This document shows, one piece after another, positions 17,565-26,831 of a DNA stretch of 46,594 nt (position 1 is the stretch's first letter; each line of letters opens with the position of its first letter). The stretch comes from Minisyncoccota bacterium (lineage in GTDB: Bacteria > Patescibacteriota > Minisyncoccia > Phycocordibacterales > JACOZG01). Position numbers and translations under genes: made by a program. Location of the stretch: contig JAGVGK010000045.1 in NCBI GenBank assembly GCA_020057185.1, forward strand, positions 1 through 46,594. Reading direction: 5' to 3'. The notes beneath the pieces were generated by a model. The model had not been told where the DNA came from. It made no database searches and worked only from the letters and a program-made list of their open reading frames with translations.

Positions 17565-18008
17565 TTAATCGCGAGATAAAAATTGATCGAGACCCCAATA
17601 TCGCCCCGCCCGAATACTGGCAAAAGAGAGAAGCAAAAGCGCGTAGACAATGTGTTCATCCACGAGCCAAGCGTGGGCGTTAGGATAAGGGAAGGGACCA
17701 GCGGCAAAATAATAAAGAAGCATCAGCGCCACGCCAAGCAACGAACTTAAGCGCACAAACAAACCGAGAATCAACGAAAGACCGAGAATCGTCAAGCCCC
17801 ACTCATTGAGAAAATTAACGATCGGCAAAATCGTTGGATTCAGAAACAATTGATAAAAATTAGGAAAAGTTTTTGCCACCCCAATATAACCCGCCGCCGA
17901 CCAAGTCGAATCGAGCACTTTAGTAATCCCAGCGTAGAAAAACAAAATACCAAGCGCCACCCGCGTTAATAATAATGTCACCCGCGCCGACAAATTTAAG
18001 CTATTCAT
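17565..18008 (-). CDS. DoxX-family membrane protein (ATG at 18008 preferred)
   Basis: RVALGILFFYAGITK, E..GL.LILGLFVR, AGRYWGLD. Confidence 0.85.
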   Translation of the reverse strand: MNSLNLSARVTLLLTRVALGILFFYAGITKVLDSTWSAAGYIGVAKTFPNFYQLFLNPTILPIVNFLNEWGLTILGLSLILGLFVRLSSLLGVALMLLYYFAAGPFPYPNAHAWLVDEHIVYALLLLSFASIRAGRYWGLDQFLSRD

Positions 18009-18064
18009 ATACCGACTATTATAATCCAAAACTAGTTTCGTTGCGAGCCACATATCCAAAATCC

Positions 18065-18134
18065 TTGACTTTTAAACCCAGTTATGATAACCTTATGGGC
18101 AGAATCGTGAGGTAAGTCAGAATCGCGTGATTCT
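18065..18134 (+). promoter_or_regulatory. promoter and structured leader, copy 1 (homologous to 26364-26439)
   Basis: TTGACT-N17-TAACCT then ggcagaatcgt...atcgcgtgattct; leader 32/37 identical to copy 2. Confidence 0.7.
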
Positions 18135-18181
18135 CAGCTGAACCTTAAATTGAACGAGAAACGAAAACAAGGAGACCGAAA

Positions 18182-18388
18182 ATGTATGAGGTACAGAGAC
18201 GCATTCTCATTCTCAACGCCATGGAAGTGCAAATACACGCGTTGAGGGGAATCGTAGCGGCGGCAAATGTAGTTGTTGATGCACCAGGGACAACAAAATT
18301 TGAAGAGGAGGAATCATTCGCGCGGGATCTGATCATGGTAGGAAGGGGTGTTGTTAGTATGCTCCAGAAATGTGAGGCCCAAAAATAG
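18182..18388 (+). CDS. 68-aa orphan protein
   Basis: AAGGAG SD; bracketed by a promoter/leader and terminator that are duplicated at 26.4-26.7 kb. Confidence 0.65.
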   Translation: MYEVQRRILILNAMEVQIHALRGIVAAANVVVDAPGTTKFEEEESFARDLIMVGRGVVSMLQKCEAQK

Positions 18389-18414
18389 CGAAAACCCCCA
18401 GTGTTGACACAAAC

Positions 18415-18454
18415 AAAGCGCACGGCCTTCATGGGTAGGTGCGCTTTTTTCTTT
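18415..18454 (+). terminator. intrinsic terminator, copy 1
   Basis: aaagcgcac...gtgcgctttttt; 35/40 identical to 26706-26745. Confidence 0.8.
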
Positions 18455-18537
18455 GCCAAATTTCCCAAAGTTTGTCTATACCATAAAAAACACGGTCGTA
18501 GAATTTATGAGATACTAAAAAATCAAGTGGTTTTAAG

Positions 18538-20322
18538 TTATCGGCGCGAGCGGGCGCGGTCTATCTCGGTCAGATATTGTTTGCGGAGGCGGACACTCTT
18601 CGGTGTGATTTCTAAATATTCATCTTCCGCCATCGTCTCGAGCCCGCGTTCGATACTCAACTCGAAAGGTGGAACGAGATCAATCGCTTCATCCAAACCG
18701 GACGCGCGCATATTGCTTAACTGTTTGCCCTTGGTCGGATTGACCGTCATTTCTTCGCCCTTCGCGGTATTGCCAATCACCATTCCCTCATACACTTCAG
18801 TGGTCGGCGCGATGTAGAGCACTCCGCGATCTTGCAAATTCCAAAGCGCGAAACCGAGCGCCTTGCCCCCCGCCATCGAGATCATCGAGCCCACGGCGCG
18901 CCGACGAATCTCCCCGGCGTAAGGACGGAAACCGAGCACGCGTGAGGATATAATCCCCTCGCCCTTAGTATCAATTACAAATTGGTTTCGATAACCAAGC
19001 AAGCCACGGGTCGGTCCGACGAAAGTGAGCCGAAGAATTTCACCCGTCGGCCGAATATCTTGCACCACAAAACTGCGCAAACCCAATCGTTCAATAATTG
19101 TGCCTTGATATTCACTCGGCGTATCCACAATCACTTCTTCAAACGGTTCTTGCTTCACCCCATCCACTTCGCGAATAATGACTTGCGGTTGCGATACCTG
19201 CACTTCATAACCTTCGCGACGAATTGTCTCAAGCAAAATCGCGATGTGAAGTTCACCCCGACCATAGACGCGAAAACGCTCCGTGGAATTAAAATCAATT
19301 CGCAGACCAACATTAACTTCGAGCTCGCGCTCGAGGCGCTCGCGCAATTGTCGGGAGGTCACATATTTTCCCTCTTGCCCCGCGAATGGAGAATCATTAA
19401 CAAAAAAATCAAGGACAATCGTTGGCTCGTCAATCGCGATGGCGGGTAAGGGTTGAGCGTCGGGGTTAGTCGTCACGGTCTCACCGATGTCAATGTCTGA
19501 TAGGCCAGCGATGAGCACAATGTCACCAGCTTGGGCTTCGTCGGTCCCTACTCGTTGCAAACCACTGAAAGTAAAAATTTTAGTCAGTTGACCAGTACGC
19601 GTCGCGCCGTCGGGCTTCTTGACCCAAACCTTCGCCCCCGCTTTTACCACCCCTTCATAAACCCGCGCGACTGCGAGCCGACCGAGGAAATTATCGTAAG
19701 CGAGATTAAAAGGTTGAAGTCGGAGTGGTTGGTCAGCCGTTGAGTTAAACGAAGCAACAGGCACATATTCGAGAATCACATCCAGTAGCGGAGTGAGATC
19801 AGTGGACTCATCCGTGAGTGCGCGTTTGGCAATACCGGTTCGGCCAACCGCGTAAACCACCGGGAAATCAGCTTGCATATCAGTCGCACCAAGCTCGAAG
19901 AAAAGTTCCAACACTTCCTCATGACAGCGCGCCGGATCGGCGGCCGGTTTATCAATTTTATTAATCACGACGATTGGTTTCAATCCAAGCTCAAGTGATT
20001 TTTTCAAAACGAAACGAGTTTGAGGCATCGGTCCCTCTTGGGCATCCACAACGAGCAACACCGCATCCACCGACCGCAGGACTCGCTCTACTTCCGAGCC
20101 GAAGTCGGCGTGACCGGGCGTATCCACAATATTTATTTTTGTCCCCTTGTAGGTAACCGCGGCATTCTTGGCATAGATCGTAATCCCGCGTTCTTGCTCC
20201 AACGCGTTCGAATCCATCGTTACCCCTTCGCCCACCGCTTGTGTCTGGCGCAATAAAGCATCGGTCAAGGTGGTCTTGCCGTGGTCCACATGAGCGATAA
20301 TCGCGATATTTCTAATTTCCAT
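18538..20322 (-). CDS. typA: translational GTPase TypA/BipA
   Basis: RNIAIIAHVDHGKTTL, DTPGHADF, GRGELH, YEGMVIG, EITPKSVRLRK. Confidence 0.97.
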   Translation of the reverse strand: MEIRNIAIIAHVDHGKTTLTDALLRQTQAVGEGVTMDSNALEQERGITIYAKNAAVTYKGTKINIVDTPGHADFGSEVERVLRSVDAVLLVVDAQEGPMPQTRFVLKKSLELGLKPIVVINKIDKPAADPARCHEEVLELFFELGATDMQADFPVVYAVGRTGIAKRALTDESTDLTPLLDVILEYVPVASFNSTADQPLRLQPFNLAYDNFLGRLAVARVYEGVVKAGAKVWVKKPDGATRTGQLTKIFTFSGLQRVGTDEAQAGDIVLIAGLSDIDIGETVTTNPDAQPLPAIAIDEPTIVLDFFVNDSPFAGQEGKYVTSRQLRERLERELEVNVGLRIDFNSTERFRVYGRGELHIAILLETIRREGYEVQVSQPQVIIREVDGVKQEPFEEVIVDTPSEYQGTIIERLGLRSFVVQDIRPTGEILRLTFVGPTRGLLGYRNQFVIDTKGEGIISSRVLGFRPYAGEIRRRAVGSMISMAGGKALGFALWNLQDRGVLYIAPTTEVYEGMVIGNTAKGEEMTVNPTKGKQLSNMRASGLDEAIDLVPPFELSIERGLETMAEDEYLEITPKSVRLRKQYLTEIDRARSRR

Positions 20323-20346
20323 AATAAAAATTATGTTTTTGAAAAT

Positions 20347-20598
20347 TTATTTATAAACATCTTTTCTGTGACCAATTTTCAAAATAACAATCGAGTCATC
20401 TTGAACATCAAATAAAATTCTATAGTCACCAGCCCGGAAACGAAAAGACCCAAAATGAAAATCCTGTAATTTATCGGCGAAACGAAGTGGGTTTGATTGT
20501 GAAGTATAAAGAATTAGCTTCTCGTTAATTCGTTTCTGAATATTCTTGTCGAGTTTTTTAAGCTGACGAAAAACTGAAGGAGCGAAAACAATCCTCAT
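20347..20598 (-). CDS. RelE/ParE-family type II toxin
   Basis: 83 aa, FRFRAGDYRILF and KIGHRKDVYK motifs. Confidence 0.9.
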   Translation of the reverse strand: MRIVFAPSVFRQLKKLDKNIQKRINEKLILYTSQSNPLRFADKLQDFHFGSFRFRAGDYRILFDVQDDSIVILKIGHRKDVYK

Positions 20599-20600
20599 GT

Positions 20601-20813
20601 TTATAAGCGTAAATGTTCCAAGGCTTTCTCCATAGTAACAAATTTGCCCTCACGGACTTCTTGGCGAGCGCGAGCGATATCTTTGGGCAGTTTTTTGGAT
20701 TGCGCCATCTGAAGATCTTCTCTCATTCGTTCATATTCCTCGATCGGCAAAACTACCACGCCTTTTTGCTTGGCCACTCGCTCAAGAGAAAGAGTAATAT
20801 TCCCTGATGCCAT
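20601..20813 (-). CDS. putative antitoxin
   Basis: 70 aa directly upstream of the toxin; VVLPIEEYERMREDL resembles Phd/YefM-like antitoxins. Confidence 0.75.
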   Translation of the reverse strand: MASGNITLSLERVAKQKGVVVLPIEEYERMREDLQMAQSKKLPKDIARARQEVREGKFVTMEKALEHLRL

Positions 20814-20857
20814 GGGTTCTATCTTATCACACTTAGTTTTTTATTTCAAGCCGTTCA

Positions 20858-20902
20858 TGTCAAGGCACCGCCTTGCCAATGGTCACGCCTTGCCAATGGT
20901 CA
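20858..20902. repeat. CAAGG-N5-CCTTG palindrome with a 17-bp tandem duplication
   Basis: caaggcaccgccttg at 20861-20875; cgccttgccaatggtca at 20869-20885 and 20886-20902. Confidence 0.75.
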
Positions 20903-21008
20903 ACGCATCTCGTTTGTTATTAATTGGGCACATAAAAAACCACGCTATAAGTTTCGCTCTGACAACAACTTGCTATCGGAACACTGACAGTTCAATATAT
21001 CGGGAGTA

Positions 21009-21536
21009 ATGAAACCAGAACACTTTGGTCAATTAATGAGACAATATTTGTCGCCGATTTATAATTTTGCCTATCGGCTGACTAATAGCGCCGATTTGGC
21101 TAATGATATTACTCAAGAAACCTTTATCAAAGTGTGGCAGAACCTCAAACAATTTAATGAGGCTAAAAGCTTCAAACCATGGCTCTTCACGATTGCTCGC
21201 CACACGGCGATTGATTGGTTGCGAAAACGTAAAATGATTCCTTTCTCTGATTTGAGAAACCAAGAAGACGGGGGAAATAATTTTGAGAATAATATTCCTG
21301 ACGAGCTTCCTCTGCCTGATGAATTATTCCGGCGAGCGGAACTCATTTCCCTTCTCGAACAGGCGCTCGCTGAACTGCCGATCAACGATCGAACAATTAT
21401 TCTCCTACATCAAACCGAAAAGCTAACTTTCGCCGAAATCGCCGAGATTCTTAATCAGCCCATGAACACGGTCAAGAGCCGTTATCGCCGGGCGCGCGTG
21501 GCTCTTCGACAATTTTTGATAATTGCACCAAAATAG
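21009..21536 (+). CDS. ECF-family RNA polymerase sigma factor
   Basis: DITQETFIKVW, FKPWLFTIARH region 2; EIAEILNQPMNTVKSRYRRAR region 4. Confidence 0.93.
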   Translation: MKPEHFGQLMRQYLSPIYNFAYRLTNSADLANDITQETFIKVWQNLKQFNEAKSFKPWLFTIARHTAIDWLRKRKMIPFSDLRNQEDGGNNFENNIPDELPLPDELFRRAELISLLEQALAELPINDRTIILLHQTEKLTFAEIAEILNQPMNTVKSRYRRARVALRQFLIIAPK

Positions 21537-21558
21537 TCATCGCTCTCGTATACTTGAT

Positions 21559-21939
21559 ATGGATCAAATATTTAAACACTTGAAGATCATCGCGCCACCG
21601 AGTAATCTCGAGCGAATAATTTTGACCCGCGTGAGCTTTATTGTCCGACGACGATTTGCTTTTCGCGGACTCCTCGCTTTGGGAGCGTTCAGTGGCGTCA
21701 TTTGGTCTTTGCCCTTAATCGGTGTGGCAATTACTGAATCAGGTTTTTATTCTTATCTTTCTCTTTTTATTTCGGACAGTGGTTTGGCTTTAACTTACTG
21801 GCGAGAACTCTCGCTCACCCTCGTTGAATCAATCCCGCTTTTCACTCTAATCATCTTTTTTGGTTTAGTCACTTTCTTCTTCTGGATCATCCCTCGAGTG
21901 GTTGATGACGCGCAATTGGTTTTATCACCAGTTAATTAA
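21559..21939 (+). CDS. membrane protein, putative anti-sigma factor
   Basis: Immediately downstream of the ECF sigma gene; hydrophobic segments; ATG at 21559 preferred. Confidence 0.65.
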   Translation: MDQIFKHLKIIAPPSNLERIILTRVSFIVRRRFAFRGLLALGAFSGVIWSLPLIGVAITESGFYSYLSLFISDSGLALTYWRELSLTLVESIPLFTLIIFFGLVTFFFWIIPRVVDDAQLVLSPVN

Positions 21940-21949
21940 TCAACTAATT

Positions 21950-22393
21950 ATGAACTACAAAGATTCAACGCAATCAAAAAAGTTTCGGGGTATCGTGATT
22001 GGTTTTGGCATCGCCACTTTTACTCTTTTAGTTTTTCGAGCGGGGATTGTGGTTGGTTATCGGAAAGCTCATTTCTCGGCTCGGCTCGGTGATAATTACT
22101 CCCGTGCTTTTGGCAATCGACCAACGGACTTTCCTTTTGGGATGATGGCGAGTGACCTGCCGGGCGGACATGGCACCGTGGGGAAAATTGTCGGAATCAC
22201 CTTACCAACCTTCGTCGTCGCGAGTCCTGATAATGTCGAGAAAATCGTTTTGATCAAAGCGGATACGATCATTCGCCGTTGGCGTGATACGATCGCTTCT
22301 TCTTCACTCATTATCAACGATTCTGTCGTCGTTTTAGGAACGCCTAATGACCAGGGCGAAATCGAAGCGCGATTAATCCGAACTATAAAATGA
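21950..22393 (+). CDS. membrane-anchored hypothetical protein
   Basis: N-terminal TM and beta-rich C-terminus; its stop overlaps the next start. Confidence 0.7.
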   Translation: MNYKDSTQSKKFRGIVIGFGIATFTLLVFRAGIVVGYRKAHFSARLGDNYSRAFGNRPTDFPFGMMASDLPGGHGTVGKIVGITLPTFVVASPDNVEKIVLIKADTIIRRWRDTIASSSLIINDSVVVLGTPNDQGEIEARLIRTIK

Positions 22394-24012
22394 AAAAATA
22401 TTTTCAAGCCCATAAGTTTATCAGTACGCTAATTATTTTGGTGCTAATCGTGGCTGGTTGGCGAATCGTGAGAGCTTGGAGTGGAACTGGAAACGAAACA
22501 AGATATGTGTTTGCCAAAGTGGAACGCGGGGATCTCATTTCTTCGGTCACCGGCACGGGGCAAGTCTCGACCTCCAATCAAATTGAGTTGAAAAGTAAGG
22601 TCTCGGGTGATGTGGTTTACATTGGAGCGGTTAATGGTCAAGCGGTCGGCGTCGGCGCGCTAATTGTGAAGCTCGATGATCGCGACGCGCAAAAAGCCGT
22701 TCGGGATGCCGAAGTTAATTTGGCCAGCACGAAATTAGCTTTAGAAAAGACCAAACTGCAACAAGACCAACAATTGCGCGGTGATATCCTAAATAAAAAT
22801 TACGAAGATGGTCTGGCTATTTTAGCCAATCTCTACGGCGAGTTTGCCACCACTTTGGATGCTTTGGACAAAATTTTCTTCGACACTGACTTGTCAGACA
22901 ATCAAGACAAAAATAATATCGAGTATTATGCAAATTACAACAAAGCTTTCGCCGATGTGCCTCAACACCTCGAACAATTATATCAGGCGACTAAAGTGTT
23001 ATATCAACAAAGTCTGGCTGATTATCAATTGGCGAAAAGAGGTAGTGGCAACGATCGTGCCGAGGCGATTCAAAGTGCCTATGACTTAACAGTTAAAACC
23101 GCCGAGCTGATTAAGACCGGCCGAGATGTTGTCCGTAATCTGGAGGATCGTCTGACTGACTCGGGTGCCGTTCACACTAAACAAACAACCATCACCAGTC
23201 ATTCAACCGATCTTACTACTTATGCGACGGCGATCGATGATTATTTAAAAGATTTACTTATCATCAATAATACAATCAACAGCCAACGCGACACTGTGGA
23301 AACATACCCACTTGATAGCCAAGCCCAAGAATTGACGATTAAACAACGGGAGAATTCACTCCTAGATGCTCGAGAAAACCTCGCTGACTATTCCATCCGT
23401 GCGCCATTCAGTGGATTAATTACCAAACTAGATATTAAGAAGACCGATTCGGTGAGCAACGGCACAATTATTGGCACGCTTGTCACCAGACAAAAAATTG
23501 CGGAGATTTCTCTCAACGAAGTGGACGCCGTGAAAATTAAAGTTGGTAATAAAGTCACCCTCACTTTCGACGCCGTGGAAGGTTTAAGCCTCACGGGCGT
23601 GGTTCAAGAAATAGATTTACTTGGCACCATTACGCAAGGTGTCGTTACTTACAATGTTAAAATTAGTTTTGACCTTCAGCCCAGTGGCAATGAACAGGTC
23701 AAACCCGGCATGAGCGCGAGCGCCGAGATTATCACGGAAGTTAAACAAAATATTCTGACGGTGCCCAACAGCGCAGTTAAAGTTAGTGGCCAAACAAATT
23801 ATGTGGAAATGTTTGATCAGCCACGTTTATCTTCACTCACTCCACCCCGCCGACAATCAGTCGAGATCGGCGTTGCCAATGACGATAGTACGGAAATTAC
23901 GAGCGGGTTGAAAGAAGGCGACGAGATCGTGATTCGGACCATTACGGCTCAAACGACACCGACGACTAGCGCCGCGCCGAGCATCTTCGGTGGAAGCGGT
24001 AACCGACGCTGA
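22390..24012 (+). CDS. efflux periplasmic adaptor (MacA/HlyD-like membrane fusion protein)
   Basis: VERGDL..SVTGTG, IRAPFSG, KPGMSA, EITSGLKEGD; long helical hairpin. Confidence 0.9.
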   Translation: MKKYFQAHKFISTLIILVLIVAGWRIVRAWSGTGNETRYVFAKVERGDLISSVTGTGQVSTSNQIELKSKVSGDVVYIGAVNGQAVGVGALIVKLDDRDAQKAVRDAEVNLASTKLALEKTKLQQDQQLRGDILNKNYEDGLAILANLYGEFATTLDALDKIFFDTDLSDNQDKNNIEYYANYNKAFADVPQHLEQLYQATKVLYQQSLADYQLAKRGSGNDRAEAIQSAYDLTVKTAELIKTGRDVVRNLEDRLTDSGAVHTKQTTITSHSTDLTTYATAIDDYLKDLLIINNTINSQRDTVETYPLDSQAQELTIKQRENSLLDARENLADYSIRAPFSGLITKLDIKKTDSVSNGTIIGTLVTRQKIAEISLNEVDAVKIKVGNKVTLTFDAVEGLSLTGVVQEIDLLGTITQGVVTYNVKISFDLQPSGNEQVKPGMSASAEIITEVKQNILTVPNSAVKVSGQTNYVEMFDQPRLSSLTPPRRQSVEIGVANDDSTEITSGLKEGDEIVIRTITAQTTPTTSAAPSIFGGSGNRR

Positions 24013-24027
24013 TTAAAAGTATCAACT

Positions 24028-24702
24028 ATGATCGAGATAAAGAATATTACTAAGACCTATCGCGACGGCGACATTAGTTTCCAAGCTCTCGACAATGTTA
24101 GTTTTCAAATCAAGGATGGAGAATTCGTCGCGATTATGGGACCGTCCGGCTCGGGCAAATCAACCTTGATGCATATTCTCGGCGCGCTCGATACGCCCAC
24201 CAGCGGTACTTATTTGCTCGATGGTCAAGATGTTTCCACGCTCTCGGATAATGAACTCGCCGACATTCGCCAAGATAAAATTGGCTTCGTCTTCCAATCA
24301 TTCAATCTCTTGCCAAGAACCACCGTGTTGCGTAATGTGATGTTGCCCTTGATCTATGAAGGTGTACGGGGCGAGGAGCGGAAGCGACGAGCCGAGGTCG
24401 CCCTACGGGCGGCGGGACTCGATGCGACACATTGGTCTCATCTCTCTAATCAATTGTCCGGCGGTCAAATCCAGCGGGTGGCGATCGCGCGGGCGCTTGT
24501 TAACAATCCAACCCTCATCCTCGCCGATGAACCGACGGGAAATCTTGATTCGAAAACCGGCGAGATTGTCTTAAGTACTTTCCAAAAATTAAATACTGAA
24601 CACGGTCGCACGATCGTCCTCATCACTCATGAACGCGAGGTCGCCGAATATGCCAAACGAATTATTTTTATTAAAGATGGTACCCTCGTCAAACAATTAT
24701 GA
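24028..24702 (+). CDS. MacB/LolD-type ABC ATP-binding protein
   Basis: GPSGSGKST, LSGGQIQRVAIARAL, ILADEPTGNLD. Confidence 0.95.
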   Translation: MIEIKNITKTYRDGDISFQALDNVSFQIKDGEFVAIMGPSGSGKSTLMHILGALDTPTSGTYLLDGQDVSTLSDNELADIRQDKIGFVFQSFNLLPRTTVLRNVMLPLIYEGVRGEERKRRAEVALRAAGLDATHWSHLSNQLSGGQIQRVAIARALVNNPTLILADEPTGNLDSKTGEIVLSTFQKLNTEHGRTIVLITHEREVAEYAKRIIFIKDGTLVKQL

Positions 24703-25910
24703 ACCCTTTTGACTTGCTTCAAGAAACTTATCTCTCCCTCTCGGCCAACAAAGTTCGGTCCGCCTTAACAATTCTCGGCATCGTCATCGGTATCAGTTCG
24801 GTGATCGCGATGGTCTCGATCGGCCAGGGCGCCAAAGCGCAAATTCAATCGAGCATCGAAGGTCTCGGTTCGAATCTGCTAACTATCTTGCCGGGAGTAG
24901 TTCAACCCGGTCGAGGGATTGTCTCTTCGGGTCGAGGGTCGGCGCAAACATTGGAAAATAAAGACCTCCCGGTTCTTGATTCAATTGAGGGGATTGAATC
25001 AGTCTCACCTGAACTCTCGCGCCGTTTCCAAATCACCGCCGGCACGGGCAACAACACCAACACGACCGTCAACGGCGTTCTGCCGACTTACGCCTCAGTT
25101 CGTAACTTAACAATCGCCGAGGGTACCTTCATCAGTGAGAGTAATATCCACAGTCTCGGCCGACAAGTGGTACTCGGCGCGACTGTTGCCACCGATCTTT
25201 TCGGTGACACTCCCCCGCTCGGTAAAACAATTAAAATTAATAAAACTAATTTCCGAATCGTTGGTCTTCTAACCAAGAAGGGTGGCGCGGGTTTCTCGGG
25301 TCCCGACGATATGGTCATCGTGCCTCTGACCACGATGCAGAAAATTTTGGCGGGCGTGGATTATTTATCCACCATCTCCATCAGCGTCACCGATAAAAAT
25401 CGGATGAATGAAGTCCGCGACGCGGTGAGTGACGCCTTGCTTACTCGCCATCGGGTGGCCGAGGCCGACTTCTCAATTATTTCCCAAGAAGATATTCTCG
25501 GCACCTTGTCGCAAGTGGTGGACACCTTCACCATCTTCCTCGCTTCGATCGCCGGCATCTCGCTCGTTGTCGGCGGGATTGGGATTATGAATATGATGCT
25601 CACCACTGTCACCGAACGCACGCGAGAGATCGGTTTGCGTAAAGCGATTGGCGCGAAGCGCCGAGACATCAATCGGCAATTCTTAGTCGAAGCGGTCGCC
25701 TTAACCTTCATCGGTGGGTTTTTGGGAGTTATTCTCGGCTGGCTGATCGCCGCAACCGTCACTTATCTCGGCTTGATTCAAACCCAAGTATCTCTAATGT
25801 CCGTCCTCTTGGCCTTCGGCGTCTCCACCGCCATTGGCATTATCTTCGGCTATTATCCCGCCCAACGCGCCGCTCGACTAAATCCAATCGATGCGCTAAG
25901 ATATGAATAA
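24699..25910 (+). CDS. MacB-type ABC permease
   Basis: RSALTILGIVIG, GGIGIMNMM, ERTREIGLRKAIGA, PIDALRYE. Confidence 0.95.
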   Translation: MNPFDLLQETYLSLSANKVRSALTILGIVIGISSVIAMVSIGQGAKAQIQSSIEGLGSNLLTILPGVVQPGRGIVSSGRGSAQTLENKDLPVLDSIEGIESVSPELSRRFQITAGTGNNTNTTVNGVLPTYASVRNLTIAEGTFISESNIHSLGRQVVLGATVATDLFGDTPPLGKTIKINKTNFRIVGLLTKKGGAGFSGPDDMVIVPLTTMQKILAGVDYLSTISISVTDKNRMNEVRDAVSDALLTRHRVAEADFSIISQEDILGTLSQVVDTFTIFLASIAGISLVVGGIGIMNMMLTTVTERTREIGLRKAIGAKRRDINRQFLVEAVALTFIGGFLGVILGWLIAATVTYLGLIQTQVSLMSVLLAFGVSTAIGIIFGYYPAQRAARLNPIDALRYE

Positions 25911-25936
25911 TTATTAGTTAAGGAAAAATAATTTTT

Positions 25937-26353
25937 ATGAAGAAAATAATTGTTCTGGTTATCGTTATCCTGTTCGTTGGCTTCTTTTGGTTCAAAGGGC
26001 AAGACACTATCGCGCCAACACCAGTACCAACCGAAGGGACGCTCACCACGGCACCCGCGCCAGTCGTCCCAACCACAGCCGTCAAAGAGTTCACGGTCAT
26101 TGGCAGTAACTTCACCTTCACACCCAACACGATAGAAGTGAAGCCGGGCGACACAGTTAAAATCACTTTCCAAAGTGCGACCGGTTTCCACGACCTAACC
26201 CTTGACGAATTTGCGGTCGCGACTAAACAACTTAAGGCCGGCGAATCGGAAACGGTACAATTTGTCGCCGATAAAACCGGCTCGTTCGAATACTACTGTT
26301 CCGTCGGCAATCACCGCGCGATGGGAATGAAGGGTACCCTGACGGTGAAATAA
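25937..26353 (+). CDS. cupredoxin-domain (plastocyanin-like) exported protein
   Basis: Signal/TM, Pro/Thr linker, H...YYCSVGNHRAMGM type-1 copper ligands. Confidence 0.9.
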   Translation: MKKIIVLVIVILFVGFFWFKGQDTIAPTPVPTEGTLTTAPAPVVPTTAVKEFTVIGSNFTFTPNTIEVKPGDTVKITFQSATGFHDLTLDEFAVATKQLKAGESETVQFVADKTGSFEYYCSVGNHRAMGMKGTLTVK

Positions 26354-26363
26354 TCTTACGGGG

Positions 26364-26439
26364 TTGACTTTCAGACCCAATTATAATAACCTAATGGGCA
26401 GAGGCAGAATCGTAAGGCAAGTCGAGATCGCGTGATTCT
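26364..26439 (+). promoter_or_regulatory. promoter and structured leader, copy 2
   Basis: TTGACT-N17-TAACCT and leader homologous to 18065-18134, with a duplicated ggcaga. Confidence 0.7.
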
Positions 26440-26478
26440 TGACGAGATTTTGAAGGAAATTAAAAAAGGAGAATGGGC

Positions 26479-26679
26479 ATGTTACTTGTGGGTCTTCTGG
26501 TGGTTTCGATTGGTTCTTCCATGCTTGGCGCCAGTATTGAACATGATAGTCTAATGAAACGATACCCTCATTTCGACTGGAGGGAAGGTGCTGGGTATAG
26601 CCCATTTATGTTTTGGTTCGGAGTACTCGGTATTTTTGCGGGAGTATTTGTTGCCTTCATTCCTCAATTGTTTAACTAA
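26479..26679 (+). CDS. small two-TM orphan membrane protein (start 26479 or 26473)
   Basis: AAAGGAG SD 7 nt before ATG 26479; two hydrophobic segments. Confidence 0.65.
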   Translation: MLLVGLLVVSIGSSMLGASIEHDSLMKRYPHFDWREGAGYSPFMFWFGVLGIFAGVFVAFIPQLFN

Positions 26680-26705
26680 CTGGAAGTGGACGAGTGGCTT
26701 AGTAT

Positions 26706-26745
26706 AAAGCGCACGACCTTCGCGGGTCCGTGCGCTTTTTTCTTT
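26706..26745 (+). terminator. intrinsic terminator, copy 2
   Basis: aaagcgcacg...cgtgcgctttttt. Confidence 0.8.
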
Positions 26746-26831
26746 ACTCTTTAATTTCTACTCTTAAACTATTTACGGTCGTAAAAATCTTAAGAGTTAA
26801 CTTTTTATTGATTATAGTATAGGATAACTGA

